Assembly (NCBI GenBank): GCA_038063815.1
Contig: JBBTUJ010000005.1
Span: forward strand, 4,875-68,874
Length of the DNA stretch: 64,000 nt
Reading direction: 5' to 3'
Origin: Patescibacteria group bacterium
Lineage (GTDB): Bacteria > Patescibacteriota > Minisyncoccia > Phycocordibacterales > EsbW-18
Shown: positions 20,485 to 28,511 of the stretch, in pieces
Position numbering within the stretch: position 1 is the first letter of the stretch
Layout: each line of letters begins with the position of its first letter
Position numbers and translations under genes: made by a program
Notes under the pieces: generated by a model
Told to the model about the DNA's origin: nothing
Seen by the model: only the letters and a program-made list of their open reading frames with translations
Database searches by the model: none

Positions 20485-20769
20485 TCAGTCGTCCGCACGG
20501 GATGTAACCGTCGCGCTAGGATTCCACACCCTGACGCTCGTCCATCCTCCCTCTTGGACAACGACAGCGGCCGACCATCCGGCCGTCCGGACGAACCCGG
20601 TGATCTCGTAGACCTGACCGACCGTTAGGTACGGACCGAGTTCGACTCGGGCAAATCCGTTGGTCTGAAGCTGGACGCTGATCGCGCCCAGCACCCGCGA
20701 CTTCGCCTCTTCATTCCAGGGAAACCACTTGCCTCCCTGGGTCTTCTCAACTTGTCCTAAGGTGACCAT
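20485..20769 (-). CDS. hypothetical small protein (GC-rich cassette)
   Basis: 94 aa, about 60% GC. SD GGGAGGAA lies 8 nt upstream of the ATG. An intrinsic terminator hairpin plus U-tract sits at 20421-20461. Confidence 0.45.
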   Translation of the reverse strand: MVTLGQVEKTQGGKWFPWNEEAKSRVLGAISVQLQTNGFARVELGPYLTVGQVYEITGFVRTAGWSAAVVVQEGGWTSVRVWNPSATVTSRADD

Positions 20770-20848
20770 CGTTTCTGTTCCTCCCGTAGGTTTGTACTGC
20801 TCGCTGAAAGGGATGGTACTCTTCGAGAAACACTCTGTCTAGAAAATA

Positions 20849-22096
20849 TTATTCATTCAAAAGCGCCCCTCTTGTATAGGTATTCCCCGCATCCCACAGA
20901 GCCCAACTCGTGAGCCCAACATCGTATGTCGCCTGTATCTCCGCACGGACCATCTCCGGCGTGTATGTCGCTCCGAGATCGAAGTCCTGAATCCATGGGC
21001 GAAGTTGTGATTCTTTGATATCCCCGTGTCCTTTCTCTGCCTGCGCTTTCAAAAAGATAATGTCAGTCGTCGTCGCGGGAGACACAACGCTTGCCGCAAC
21101 AACACGCGCGCGCCGCGCGGCCTCCCTCATTGAATATTCGATAACCTCGTACGGATGCGCTGCCGGATCCGCAATACCGATAAAACCATCATTGTAGTGC
21201 GAGGGATACACCATCGGCATCACGTAATGGAAATACGGGAGCGCGCGTTCAAGCACTTGCCCGATACCAAGATCGTCCGTGTTCGTTGTTGTATACCCGA
21301 AGAGGTCAACGGAGAGTTTGGGCGCCGTATCGAATCCACGGGTTGGTTTCGAGAGGTGGTCATACAGGTATGCAAAGAAATCCTCGAGCCGCTCTTCTTT
21401 GTTTTTTCCTTCGCTCCACGTGAACGCGATATCTTTCATCGGACCATCTGATGGGTAGCGGACGTAGTCAAAGTTGAGCTCATCAAATCCGAGCACATAC
21501 GATTCTTCAGAAAGTTCGATGATATAGTCCCAGAACGGTTCCGCACCGACGTCGATGAACGAGAGTCCTTTATTATCTTTCCACGTGCTCCCGTCACTTG
21601 CTTTTTTCACCGCGAGTTCGGGGTGAAGTTTGCTGTAATGAGGGTCCTGAAACACGGTGATACGTCCGATGACGTAAATATTTTTTTCATGGAGCGTTTT
21701 GATGAACTCTTTCATGTCATAGGCGCCGCACGTATCTGAAACAGCATTTGCAAGAATTTCGTTGTCAGTTGTAAATGCAATCCTTCCCGAGAAATCCTTG
21801 ATATCAATAATGACAGCGTTGAGTTCCGTCTCATCAATAAGTTTGACGAGTTTTTCACGGAACGACGGCGTTCCGACAACACACTGCGTCATATAAATCG
21901 CCTTCAAGGGTTCGGGTGTCTCAAGATGGATGACATCGGGCTTCGGTGGTGGTGTTTTGAGTGTCTCGCCTCGGCCCACCAAATCACCATTCATGTACGT
22001 TGACGAAAAGAGTCGTGGTGCGGCAAAAAGAAGTACCCCGACGAGAATAAGGAGGACTATAAAAACAATGCGTCGCGGGGACAAAACTTTTTGCAT
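20849..22096 (-). CDS. membrane-anchored putative glycoside-hydrolase-like TIM-barrel protein (GHL10/DUF4015-like)
   Basis: N-terminal TM MQKVLSPRRIVFIVLLILVGVLLF. The start is taken at 22096 rather than the track's 22213, which would run through a large palindrome. The domain assignment is pattern-level only. Confidence 0.45.
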   Translation of the reverse strand: MQKVLSPRRIVFIVLLILVGVLLFAAPRLFSSTYMNGDLVGRGETLKTPPPKPDVIHLETPEPLKAIYMTQCVVGTPSFREKLVKLIDETELNAVIIDIKDFSGRIAFTTDNEILANAVSDTCGAYDMKEFIKTLHEKNIYVIGRITVFQDPHYSKLHPELAVKKASDGSTWKDNKGLSFIDVGAEPFWDYIIELSEESYVLGFDELNFDYVRYPSDGPMKDIAFTWSEGKNKEERLEDFFAYLYDHLSKPTRGFDTAPKLSVDLFGYTTTNTDDLGIGQVLERALPYFHYVMPMVYPSHYNDGFIGIADPAAHPYEVIEYSMREAARRARVVAASVVSPATTTDIIFLKAQAEKGHGDIKESQLRPWIQDFDLGATYTPEMVRAEIQATYDVGLTSWALWDAGNTYTRGALLNE

Positions 22097-22110
22097 AGAT
22101 GTATGGGCAA

Positions 22111-22157
22111 GTATACCCCAGCTGCTCACTTTTTTAAAAAATAGTGCTGGGGTATAC
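22111..22157. promoter_or_regulatory. 47 bp near-perfect palindrome in divergent intergenic region (operator-like)
   Basis: GTATACCCCAGCTGCTCACTTTTTT|AAAAAATAGTGCTGGGGTATAC, with 12 bp perfect outer arms. Confidence 0.4.
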
Positions 22158-22177
22158 CCCGCCGGACAAGGTTTTGA

Positions 22178-22525
22178 ATGAACGTTTTGGTGCAAGAACA
22201 CACTCTGATACACTCACTTCCAGACAGCACACTATGGGAAGGGGGCGTGGTGGAAAGAAATCCAAAAAAGCGAGTGCTCGATGCGGAGCAAGAAAGAGCG
22301 GCGATTCCGCCCCTGTGCGATTTCATCGACCACTACCTCGACCTCATGAACGAGAGGGAGTTGGTTGAATTTCTTGGCCGTTTCTATGGGAACGAAGCGG
22401 TGGAAGAAGAGATCGCGGCAATGGAGGTTGGGGACAAGGTCTACAAAGAGTACGTGCCGCATCTGAGGCGCGGTCCTCGGCCGCAAAACGGACACGACAC
22501 CGGGCTGAAAGTGAAAGGAGAGTAG
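22178..22525 (+). CDS. hypothetical small protein (GC-rich islet)
   Basis: 115 aa acidic ORF, about 58% GC. GGAAGGGGG lies upstream of the in-frame GTG codons. A second 66 aa ORF (22526-22726) follows, preceded by AAAGGAGAG. Both are weakly supported. Confidence 0.25.
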   Translation: MNVLVQEHTLIHSLPDSTLWEGGVVERNPKKRVLDAEQERAAIPPLCDFIDHYLDLMNERELVEFLGRFYGNEAVEEEIAAMEVGDKVYKEYVPHLRRGPRPQNGHDTGLKVKGE

Positions 22526-22784
22526 GTGCGGACAGAAATAGAAGTGAAGGTCACTCTCCGCTCGGTCGTAACCGAGCAGATGCGCCTGCGACACGGACTC
22601 GACAGGTCCACGTCTTCAGATGCATTGCGGGAAGCGTGGCGACTCGCCACGCTTCCGCCGGAGCAGTGGCCGGATGCGCTCCCATTTCCAACAACAAACC
22701 GTCACCAGCCGAACCCCAACCCGTAGCGAAAAACTCCCACAAAGGGATTACGACCTACCTGTGTCCATTCCAGGAGGTCGTTTT

Positions 22785-23471
22785 CTATTGATGTGCAACG
22801 ATAATCACAAATTCCCCGCGCTGTTTATCTTTTTGTGTTTCAAAATATTCCTGTACTTCTTTTGCGCTTCCCCGTACCACCTCTTCAAAGATTTTTGTGA
22901 GTTCGCGCGCAATGACAACCATACGTTCATCCGGCAATACTCCAACAAGAGAGGCAAGTGTTTTCAAAATGCGGTGTGGTGATTCGTAGAATACGACCGC
23001 GCGTTCTGTTTCTGCGATTTCTTTAAAAAGTGTTTGACGTCCCTTTTTGTGTGGTAAAAATCCGAGAAAAACAAATTCGTGTGTGGAGACCCCGGCAATC
23101 GAGAGCGCGGCAGCAAGAGCGGACGGTCCGGGAATCGCCTCAATTAAAACATCGGGAAGTTTTTCGCGTACGTGTCCAATAACAAGTGAGCCCGGATCAG
23201 ATATTCCCGGTGTTCCTGCATCCGTCACCAAAGCAACCTTCTTCCCTTCTGAAAGCGCTCCGATGATCGAACCCAATTTCACTCGCTCGGTTCGCGCATT
23301 GAGAGGTGTCATCCGCGTTGTTATCTCATAGCGATCAAGGAGCCGCCCCGTCACGCGCATGTCCTCACAGAAAATAACATCCGCCTCCTTGAGAATGCGG
23401 AGTGCCCGAAGCGTTACGTCTTCGAGATTTCCAATAGGTGTCGCAACGACAGATAATTTCGCTTCCTGCAT
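22785..23471 (-). CDS. rsmI: 16S rRNA (cytidine1402-2'-O)-methyltransferase
   Basis: KLSVVATPIGNLEDVTLRAL...EDMRVTGRLL...VALVTDAGTPGISDPG is the RsmI/tetrapyrrole-methylase-fold signature. Confidence 0.85.
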   Translation of the reverse strand: MQEAKLSVVATPIGNLEDVTLRALRILKEADVIFCEDMRVTGRLLDRYEITTRMTPLNARTERVKLGSIIGALSEGKKVALVTDAGTPGISDPGSLVIGHVREKLPDVLIEAIPGPSALAAALSIAGVSTHEFVFLGFLPHKKGRQTLFKEIAETERAVVFYESPHRILKTLASLVGVLPDERMVVIARELTKIFEEVVRGSAKEVQEYFETQKDKQRGEFVIIVAHQ

Positions 23472-23580
23472 GAGAGTAGTGTACGAGTGTGTTCGTTAAA
23501 AACAAGTATGCCCGTCAAACCGAAACGCTTTACTCGAACCATAAAGAAGCGTAGAGTGACCGCGGAAAGGGGGTGCTTCC

Positions 23581-24084
23581 ATGACGGAGCACGTAAAGGT
23601 CAACGGGGCCAATGTCGTCATCGAAGGCCCCGACGAGACGTTCTTGCTTGAATTGGGTTCATACGGTCGTTGGATGCTTCCCGGCGGAGGCGTCGAACGG
23701 GCTGAGTTACCTGTACACGCGGGGATGGACGAGACCCTCGAGGAAACAGGACTCATCGTCGCCCAGGAAGACCTGCAACTGATTGCGCTCCTCGTGCAAA
23801 AAGTCGTCCGAGGTGGGCAAACCATACCAATTTCCGGCATCGTCGCTCTTTACCGTTGCGATAAGTACGATGGGAAACTCCCCACCGAACCCAATGACGA
23901 GGTGGTGGAGTGGAAGTTCGTAACCTTCGAGAGAGCGCTCGAGTTGTACCAGCAAGGAAAGCTGCTTCGAGGATACATGCGGATGTTAGTCATCTATGAC
24001 AACATTCGTCGAGGTCTTCTGAAGCCGGTCTACGAAGCTATCCTCGCCGACCAGGTACCCGTCCGCCCACAACTGTTCATCTGA
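23581..24084 (+). CDS. NUDIX hydrolase
   Basis: Nudix box GGGVERAELPVHAGMDETLEETG. SD GGAAAGGGGG. About 57% GC. Intrinsic terminator at 24111-24150. Confidence 0.8.
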   Translation: MTEHVKVNGANVVIEGPDETFLLELGSYGRWMLPGGGVERAELPVHAGMDETLEETGLIVAQEDLQLIALLVQKVVRGGQTIPISGIVALYRCDKYDGKLPTEPNDEVVEWKFVTFERALELYQQGKLLRGYMRMLVIYDNIRRGLLKPVYEAILADQVPVRPQLFI

Positions 24085-24110
24085 CATCGGTCCGCCGGCC
24101 GACACAACAG

Positions 24111-24150
24111 CGCGCATCCCTCGAGGAAGGGTGCGCGTCTTTCGTTTTTA
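24111..24150 (+). terminator. rho-independent terminator after the NUDIX gene
   Basis: CGCGCATCCCT-cgaggaa-GGGTGCGCG followed by TCTTTCGTTTTTA. Confidence 0.5.
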
Positions 24151-24168
24151 CGATACTGTATACAAACT

Positions 24169-24849
24169 ATGCACGCTGTTATTCTCGCCGCAGGAAAAGG
24201 AACACGACTTGCTTCACTCACGGATGAAACCCCGAAGTCACTTATCTCAATACTTGGAAAACCGGTGCTTGAGAGGATTTTTGAGTCACTTCCTGCAACA
24301 ATCACCGAGATAATTGTCGTCACAAAATATAAAGAAGAACAAATACACGCGTACTGTAAAAATCATCCTCGTGCATCAGACATTGTGTGCATCTCGCAAG
24401 GCGAAATGTCAGGAACGCTCGGTGCCTTGGTCAGTGCCGCCACGCTTGTTTCATCTCCATTCCTTGTGATAAACGGGGACGATATACACTCACAAAAAGA
24501 TCTCTCGCGTCTCCTCGAACATCCACGCGCTTTTGGTGTCACACATCGAAAAAGTCACGGCTATCACGCAATTGAAAAAAACACGGATGGTTATCTTGAA
24601 AACATGCGCCCCCAAACCACTACCGAAGAAACGGCAGGCGTATTCATTGCAACAGGAGCATACATTCTTGACGTCGACTTTTTTGCACTTCCCCCAAAAC
24701 AACTCAAGAATGGTGAGTATGGCATTCCTCACACACTTCTTGGTTCAAAAGAAACATATCCTGTTCGTATTATTGATATGCCTGATTGGATGCCCGTGAA
24801 CACGCCCGAAGATTTGAAAGACGCGGAACGAACAATCACTTCTCAGTAA
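24169..24849 (+). CDS. sugar-phosphate nucleotidyltransferase (NTP_transferase family)
   Basis: MHAVILAAGKGTRL...LVINGDD. Confidence 0.75.
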   Translation: MHAVILAAGKGTRLASLTDETPKSLISILGKPVLERIFESLPATITEIIVVTKYKEEQIHAYCKNHPRASDIVCISQGEMSGTLGALVSAATLVSSPFLVINGDDIHSQKDLSRLLEHPRAFGVTHRKSHGYHAIEKNTDGYLENMRPQTTTEETAGVFIATGAYILDVDFFALPPKQLKNGEYGIPHTLLGSKETYPVRIIDMPDWMPVNTPEDLKDAERTITSQ

Positions 24850-25975
24850 CTCGTTTTAGGTGTGCTGGTATATGTACAAGGATTTCGTACGGAATTGTTC
24901 CGGACGCAACTGCTATCTTTGAGGCGCTATTCCCCGCCTTTGGATCGGCACTTATGACTTCCGCAGAATCTCCCTCTTTCACGTTGGGAATATCCGTCAC
25001 ATCAACCGTCGTCATGTTCATCGAAACGCGGCCGACAATTGGGCACTCGCGATCATTAACGCGTATAACACCCTTGTTTGAGAGTTGACGGCTGATTCCT
25101 TCAAAGTATCCGGCGGGGATTGTTGCTACCTTTGTTTCGCGAGTTGCGGTCCACGTGTTGTTATACCCGACCGATTCTCCGGCAGAAATTGTCCGGAGGG
25201 CAGTAATAGATGTACGAAGAGAAAGCGCGGGCTTGAGATCCTGCACTTCATTTGCAGGATCAATACCGTAAAGTCCCATACCGAGACGAAGGAGATTTGC
25301 ATCGATTTCCTGAATGTATTTAGTTGCCGCCGTCAGAGCGAGATGGTACCAGCGTGTGTCAGGAATCTTTTCTTTCCATATTTTGACGATTCCATTCCAT
25401 GTCTCGATTTGCTTTCGAGTGAATGTTGGATCAGTACCGTCGGCGTCGGAAAGGTGCGAACAAACGCCCTCAATACGGATTTGTGGATTTGCTGTCAAAA
25501 GATGTATTGTTTCAGAAATCTCATCGGGCATAATTCCCTGCCGATGCATTCCTGTATCGATTTTTATATGAAGCGGCGGCGTTTTTTTCTTTTGCTGTGT
25601 AAGTTCTTTAAGTTGTGAAAGTGTTGCAACGGCAAACGCAACATCTTTAAAAGAATTCTCAAGGATCGTTTTTGTCAGCGTGTGTCCGAGCACCAGAAGA
25701 GGCATTGTGATGCCCTCCGTTCTCAAAACACGCGCTTCGAAGTATGAATCAATAGCGAAAAAAGGGATGTCCTTGTTGTCCTGAAGAATCCGAGCCACAG
25801 TGAGAAGCCCGTGCCCGTAGGCGTTTGATTTGAGAACGGGCGCGACCCTCCACGACCCAGCTTTCTTTTTGAAAAGAGAGAGGTTGTGGAGAATATTGCT
25901 TCGCGAGACACAAACAGTAATGAGCGTCTGCGGCGTCGACTTTCTATCGCGAAGTTTTTGAAAAAACGATTTCAT
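24836..25975 (-). CDS. alr: alanine racemase
   Basis: PLP-site APVLKSNAYGHG, 379 aa with an Alr-like pattern throughout. Confidence 0.85.
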   Translation of the reverse strand: MKSFFQKLRDRKSTPQTLITVCVSRSNILHNLSLFKKKAGSWRVAPVLKSNAYGHGLLTVARILQDNKDIPFFAIDSYFEARVLRTEGITMPLLVLGHTLTKTILENSFKDVAFAVATLSQLKELTQQKKKTPPLHIKIDTGMHRQGIMPDEISETIHLLTANPQIRIEGVCSHLSDADGTDPTFTRKQIETWNGIVKIWKEKIPDTRWYHLALTAATKYIQEIDANLLRLGMGLYGIDPANEVQDLKPALSLRTSITALRTISAGESVGYNNTWTATRETKVATIPAGYFEGISRQLSNKGVIRVNDRECPIVGRVSMNMTTVDVTDIPNVKEGDSAEVISADPKAGNSASKIAVASGTIPYEILVHIPAHLKRVTEK

Positions 25976-25983
25976 GCTGTTGT

Positions 25984-26046
25984 GGGCGCGGAGGGACTCG
26001 GACCCTCAAGGATTGCTCCATACGCTCCTGAAGCTAGCGCGCCCAG
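25984..26046 (-). other. tRNA-like fragment (acceptor stem + T-arm only, no D-arm and no proper anticodon arm)
   Basis: Minus RNA reads GGGCGCG...GAGGG-TCCGAGT-CCCTC-CGCGCCC-A. A 7 bp acceptor and 5 bp T-stem pair perfectly, but only 30 nt lie between them and the T-loop has C at position 54. Confidence 0.3.
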
Positions 26047-26058
26047 CACTAAACTCTG

Positions 26059-26142
26059 TGCCGCGGGGGAGACTCGAACTCCCATTCCCTTACGAGAACT
26101 ACGACCTGAACGTAGCGCGTCTACCAATTTCGCCACCGCGGC
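26059..26142 (-). tRNA. tRNA-Leu (anticodon CAG), type II with long variable arm
   Basis: GCCGCGG-TG-GCG-AAATTGGTAGA-CGC-G-CTACG-TTCAGGT-CGTAG-(long var)-GGGAG-TTCGAGT-CTCCC-CGCGGC-A. CCA is not encoded. Confidence 0.85.
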
Positions 26143-26175
26143 AGTTTAGTGCTGGGTAAATCTACCAATTTTTAT

Positions 26176-26234
26176 CCCGTCACTAACGTTGGCATTCTAC
26201 GCGTGCTTTCGCACAATGCCAATGTTAGTGCGGG
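26176..26234. repeat. GC-rich palindromic hairpin element, homologous to the stem of the 16S V2 insertion
   Basis: CCCGTCACTAACGTTGGCATT...AATGCCAATGTTAGTGCGGG is a 20 bp stem with one bulge and one G.U pair. Compare 28512-28533 and 28625-28646. Confidence 0.6.
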
Positions 26235-26269
26235 ACCGCCACGCGCCCAAAACTGACCGAGATATAACT

Positions 26270-26345
26270 GGTGCGCGTGGTAGGACTCGAACCTACGGCC
26301 TCGTCATTATCAGTGACGTGCTCTAACCAGCTGAGCTACACGCGC
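26270..26345 (-). tRNA. tRNA-Ile (anticodon GAT), CCA encoded
   Basis: GCGCGTG-TA-GCTC-AGCTGGTTA-GAGC-A-CGTCA-CTGATAA-TGACG-AGGCC-GTAGG-TTCGAGT-CCTAC-CACGCGC-ACCA. Confidence 0.9.
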
Positions 26346-26398
26346 AAGTGAGGATGACACATGATGTCTTTCGTGCGAGAGCGGAGTCATCGAGGTAA

Positions 26399-26432
26399 GA
26401 GCAAAAAGGAAAGCTCGCTTTCATTTTTGCTC
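26399..26432. terminator. A/T-flanked palindromic hairpin (bidirectional terminator-like) between the small ORF and tRNA-Ile
   Basis: GAGCAAAAAGGAAAGCTCGCTTTCATTTTTGCTC, with 9 bp outer arms plus an inner GAAAG/CTTTC stem. Confidence 0.4.
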
Positions 26433-26593
26433 GACACCGAGATGATGTGAGCTCGAGCCCTCTACACCATGTGGTCCGAATGCCGCGCTTGTATGTATTC
26501 ATACACGCGAAAACGTATATATGCATACCCACGCAAGCAAGAGGCACTATACCAAAAAACCTATGTGTACTCAATGAAATGTGAAACCGCCAC

Positions 26594-26818
26594 CTACAAC
26601 TGGTGTAGGCGGCGGTGCTGCTCGTTCCCCCAGCGCAGAATCGCGCTGAGGAGAACGACGGCCAGGATGTAGATGAGCGCCGTGGCGCACATCACGAGCG
26701 CCTGACCAGCGCTCATCGTCGGCGTCGCCCCATGGAGCGGCGCCGACAAGTTTCCCAGAGCGTGGATGAACACCGACACTCCGGGGACTGAAAATCTGAT
26801 GACAAAACTGCTGATCAT
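26594..26818 (-). CDS. small hydrophobic protein (75 aa) with its own promoter, SD and terminators
   Basis: MISSFVIRFSVPGVSVFIHALGNLSAPLHGATPTMSAGQALVMCATALIYILAVVLLSAILRWGNEQHRRLHQL. Preceded by TTGACT-N16-TATAAT, then AGGAGGTG 6 nt before the ATG. About 62% GC. The ORF track's 115 aa version extends upstream through the promoter. Confidence 0.5.
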   Translation of the reverse strand: MISSFVIRFSVPGVSVFIHALGNLSAPLHGATPTMSAGQALVMCATALIYILAVVLLSAILRWGNEQHRRLHQL

Positions 26819-26837
26819 TGGCCACCTCCTGAGAAGC

Positions 26838-26865
26838 ATTATACCAGCACGTTTGTAAAAGTCAA
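26838..26865 (-). promoter_or_regulatory. sigma70-like promoter TTGACT-N16-TATAAT driving the small ORF
   Basis: Minus-strand sense reads TTGACTTTTACAAACGTGCTGGTATAATGC, followed by SD AGGAGGTG (26823-26830) and the ATG at 26818. Confidence 0.55.
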
Positions 26866-26881
26866 TACCCTGTGGGTAAGC

Positions 26882-26910
26882 AAAAACGGCCTTAGTTAGG
26901 GCCGTTTTTG
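26882..26910. terminator. bidirectional intrinsic terminator (A5-ACGGCC-loop-GGCCGT-T5)
   Basis: AAAAACGGCCTTAGTTAGGGCCGTTTTTG. It lies between the 16S 3' flank and the small-ORF promoter. Confidence 0.55.
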
Positions 26911-27257
26911 CGCTTTGCCATCCTCGCGGATGACCATACATGTGTCTTTTCTTTTGTTCCGTTCATACCGGTCTTTCCCGGCTTGTCCGATTGCTTTAAG
27001 GATATTCAATCATAATCCATCACGTACTCAATTGAGGTACATGATATCGACCGCCTTGATCAAGTATTCAAAAACTGAACACTCGACGATTTGTCATTGG
27101 ACAAAATCCACGAGCAGCTTCCGCTACCCGTGCCTTGTTACGCCTTAACCCTAGTCACCGAACTTGCCTTAGAACATGAGAACCATGTGCTTCGGGCATT
27201 CCCGGCTCCTTTGACTTGGCGGGCGGTGAGTACAAGGCTCGAGAACGTATTCACCGT

Positions 27258-27289
<32 letters not shown>

Positions 27290-27452
27290 ACTTCATGAGG
27301 TCGAGTTGCAGACCTCAATCCGAACTGAGGATGGCTTTCTAAGGATTGGCTCGGGATTACTCCGTCGCGACCTGTTGTACCACCCATTGTATCACGTGTG
27401 TAGCCCGAGGCATCAGAGGGACATGCTGACTTGGCGTCATCCCCGCCTTCCT

Positions 27453-27594
27453 CCCAGCACGAAGCGTACGATGTACGCTTCAAGTTAAAAGTTTGTAAAG
27501 TTATAAAGTTTATAAAGTATTTTTTGTATTCACTTTACGAACTTGATGAACTTTTTACTTTCTACTTGAAGCGCTTCACGCGCTTTGTGCTGGG
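27453..27594. repeat. 16S V7 (h40-loop) insertion containing a copy of the AT-rich dispersed repeat, flanked by GC palindromes
   Basis: CCCAGCAC...GTGCTGGG closes the stem. Inside lie GAAGCGTACGATGTACGCTTC and GAAGCGCTTC hairpins plus the AAGTTATAAAGTTTATAAAGT...GATGAACTTTTTACTTT repeat. Confidence 0.6.
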
Positions 27595-28511
27595 CGGTCT
27601 CGTCTGACACTTATAACAGACGATAGGGGTTGCGTTCGTTACCCCACTTAAGGGAACAGCTCAAGCCACGAACTGACGACAGCCATGCATCACCTGTCCA
27701 GCCGCCCGAAGGCTCGTAAAGTTTCCTCTACGATTCGTCTGGATGTCTAGCCTCGGTGAGGTTCTTCGTTTAGCATCGAATTAAACCACATGATCCACCG
27801 CTTGTGCGAGCCCCCGTCTATTCCTTTGAGTTTTAACCTTGCGGTCGTACTACCCAGGCGGATCACTTAACGCGTTAGCTTCGCCTCTCAGAGGGTCGAT
27901 ACTCCGAAAAGCTAGTGATCATCGTTTAGGGCCAGGACTACTGGGGTATCTAATCCCATTCGCTCCCCTGGCTTTCGTGTTTCAGCGTCAGATATATGCT
28001 AGTGTACTGCCTTCGCTTTTGGCGTTCCCCACGATATCAACGGATTTCACCCCTACACCGTGAGTTCCGTACACCCCTCATACTCTCGTAGTTGTACCGT
28101 TTCCCATGCGGATTTCTGGTTAGGCCAGAAGATTTGACACAGGACTAATACAACCGCCTACACACCCTTTACGCCCAATAATTCCGGATAACGCTCGGGG
28201 CTCTCGTATTACCGCTGCTGCTGGCACGAGATTAGCAGCCCCTTATTCATCGGGTACCGTCAAAATTTCTTCCCCGATAAAAGATCTTTACGTCCCGAAG
28301 GACTTCATCAATCACGCGGCGTCGCTCCGTCACACTTTCGTGCATTGCGGAAGGTTCTTGACTGCAGCCACCCGTAGGTGTCTGGACAGTGTCTCAGTTC
28401 CAGTGGTGGGGGTCAGGCTCTCACCTCCCCTACGCGTCATAGCCTTGGTAAGCCATTACCTTACCAACTAGCTGATACGAGGCAGGCCGTTCTAGAAGCG
28501 ATAAATCTTTA

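Noticed and set aside
26594-26941. 115 aa version of the small ORF between the 16S gene and tRNA-Ile.
   Set aside because: The upstream 41 codons run through the TTGACT/TATAAT promoter, the SD and the bidirectional terminator. The 75 aa form starting at 26818 fits all signals.
25976-27095. A complete rRNA operon (16S-tRNA-23S-5S).
   Set aside because: No 23S or 5S sequence is present. A terminator, a promoter and a protein-coding unit separate the 16S gene from the tRNAs, so the 16S gene appears to be unlinked.
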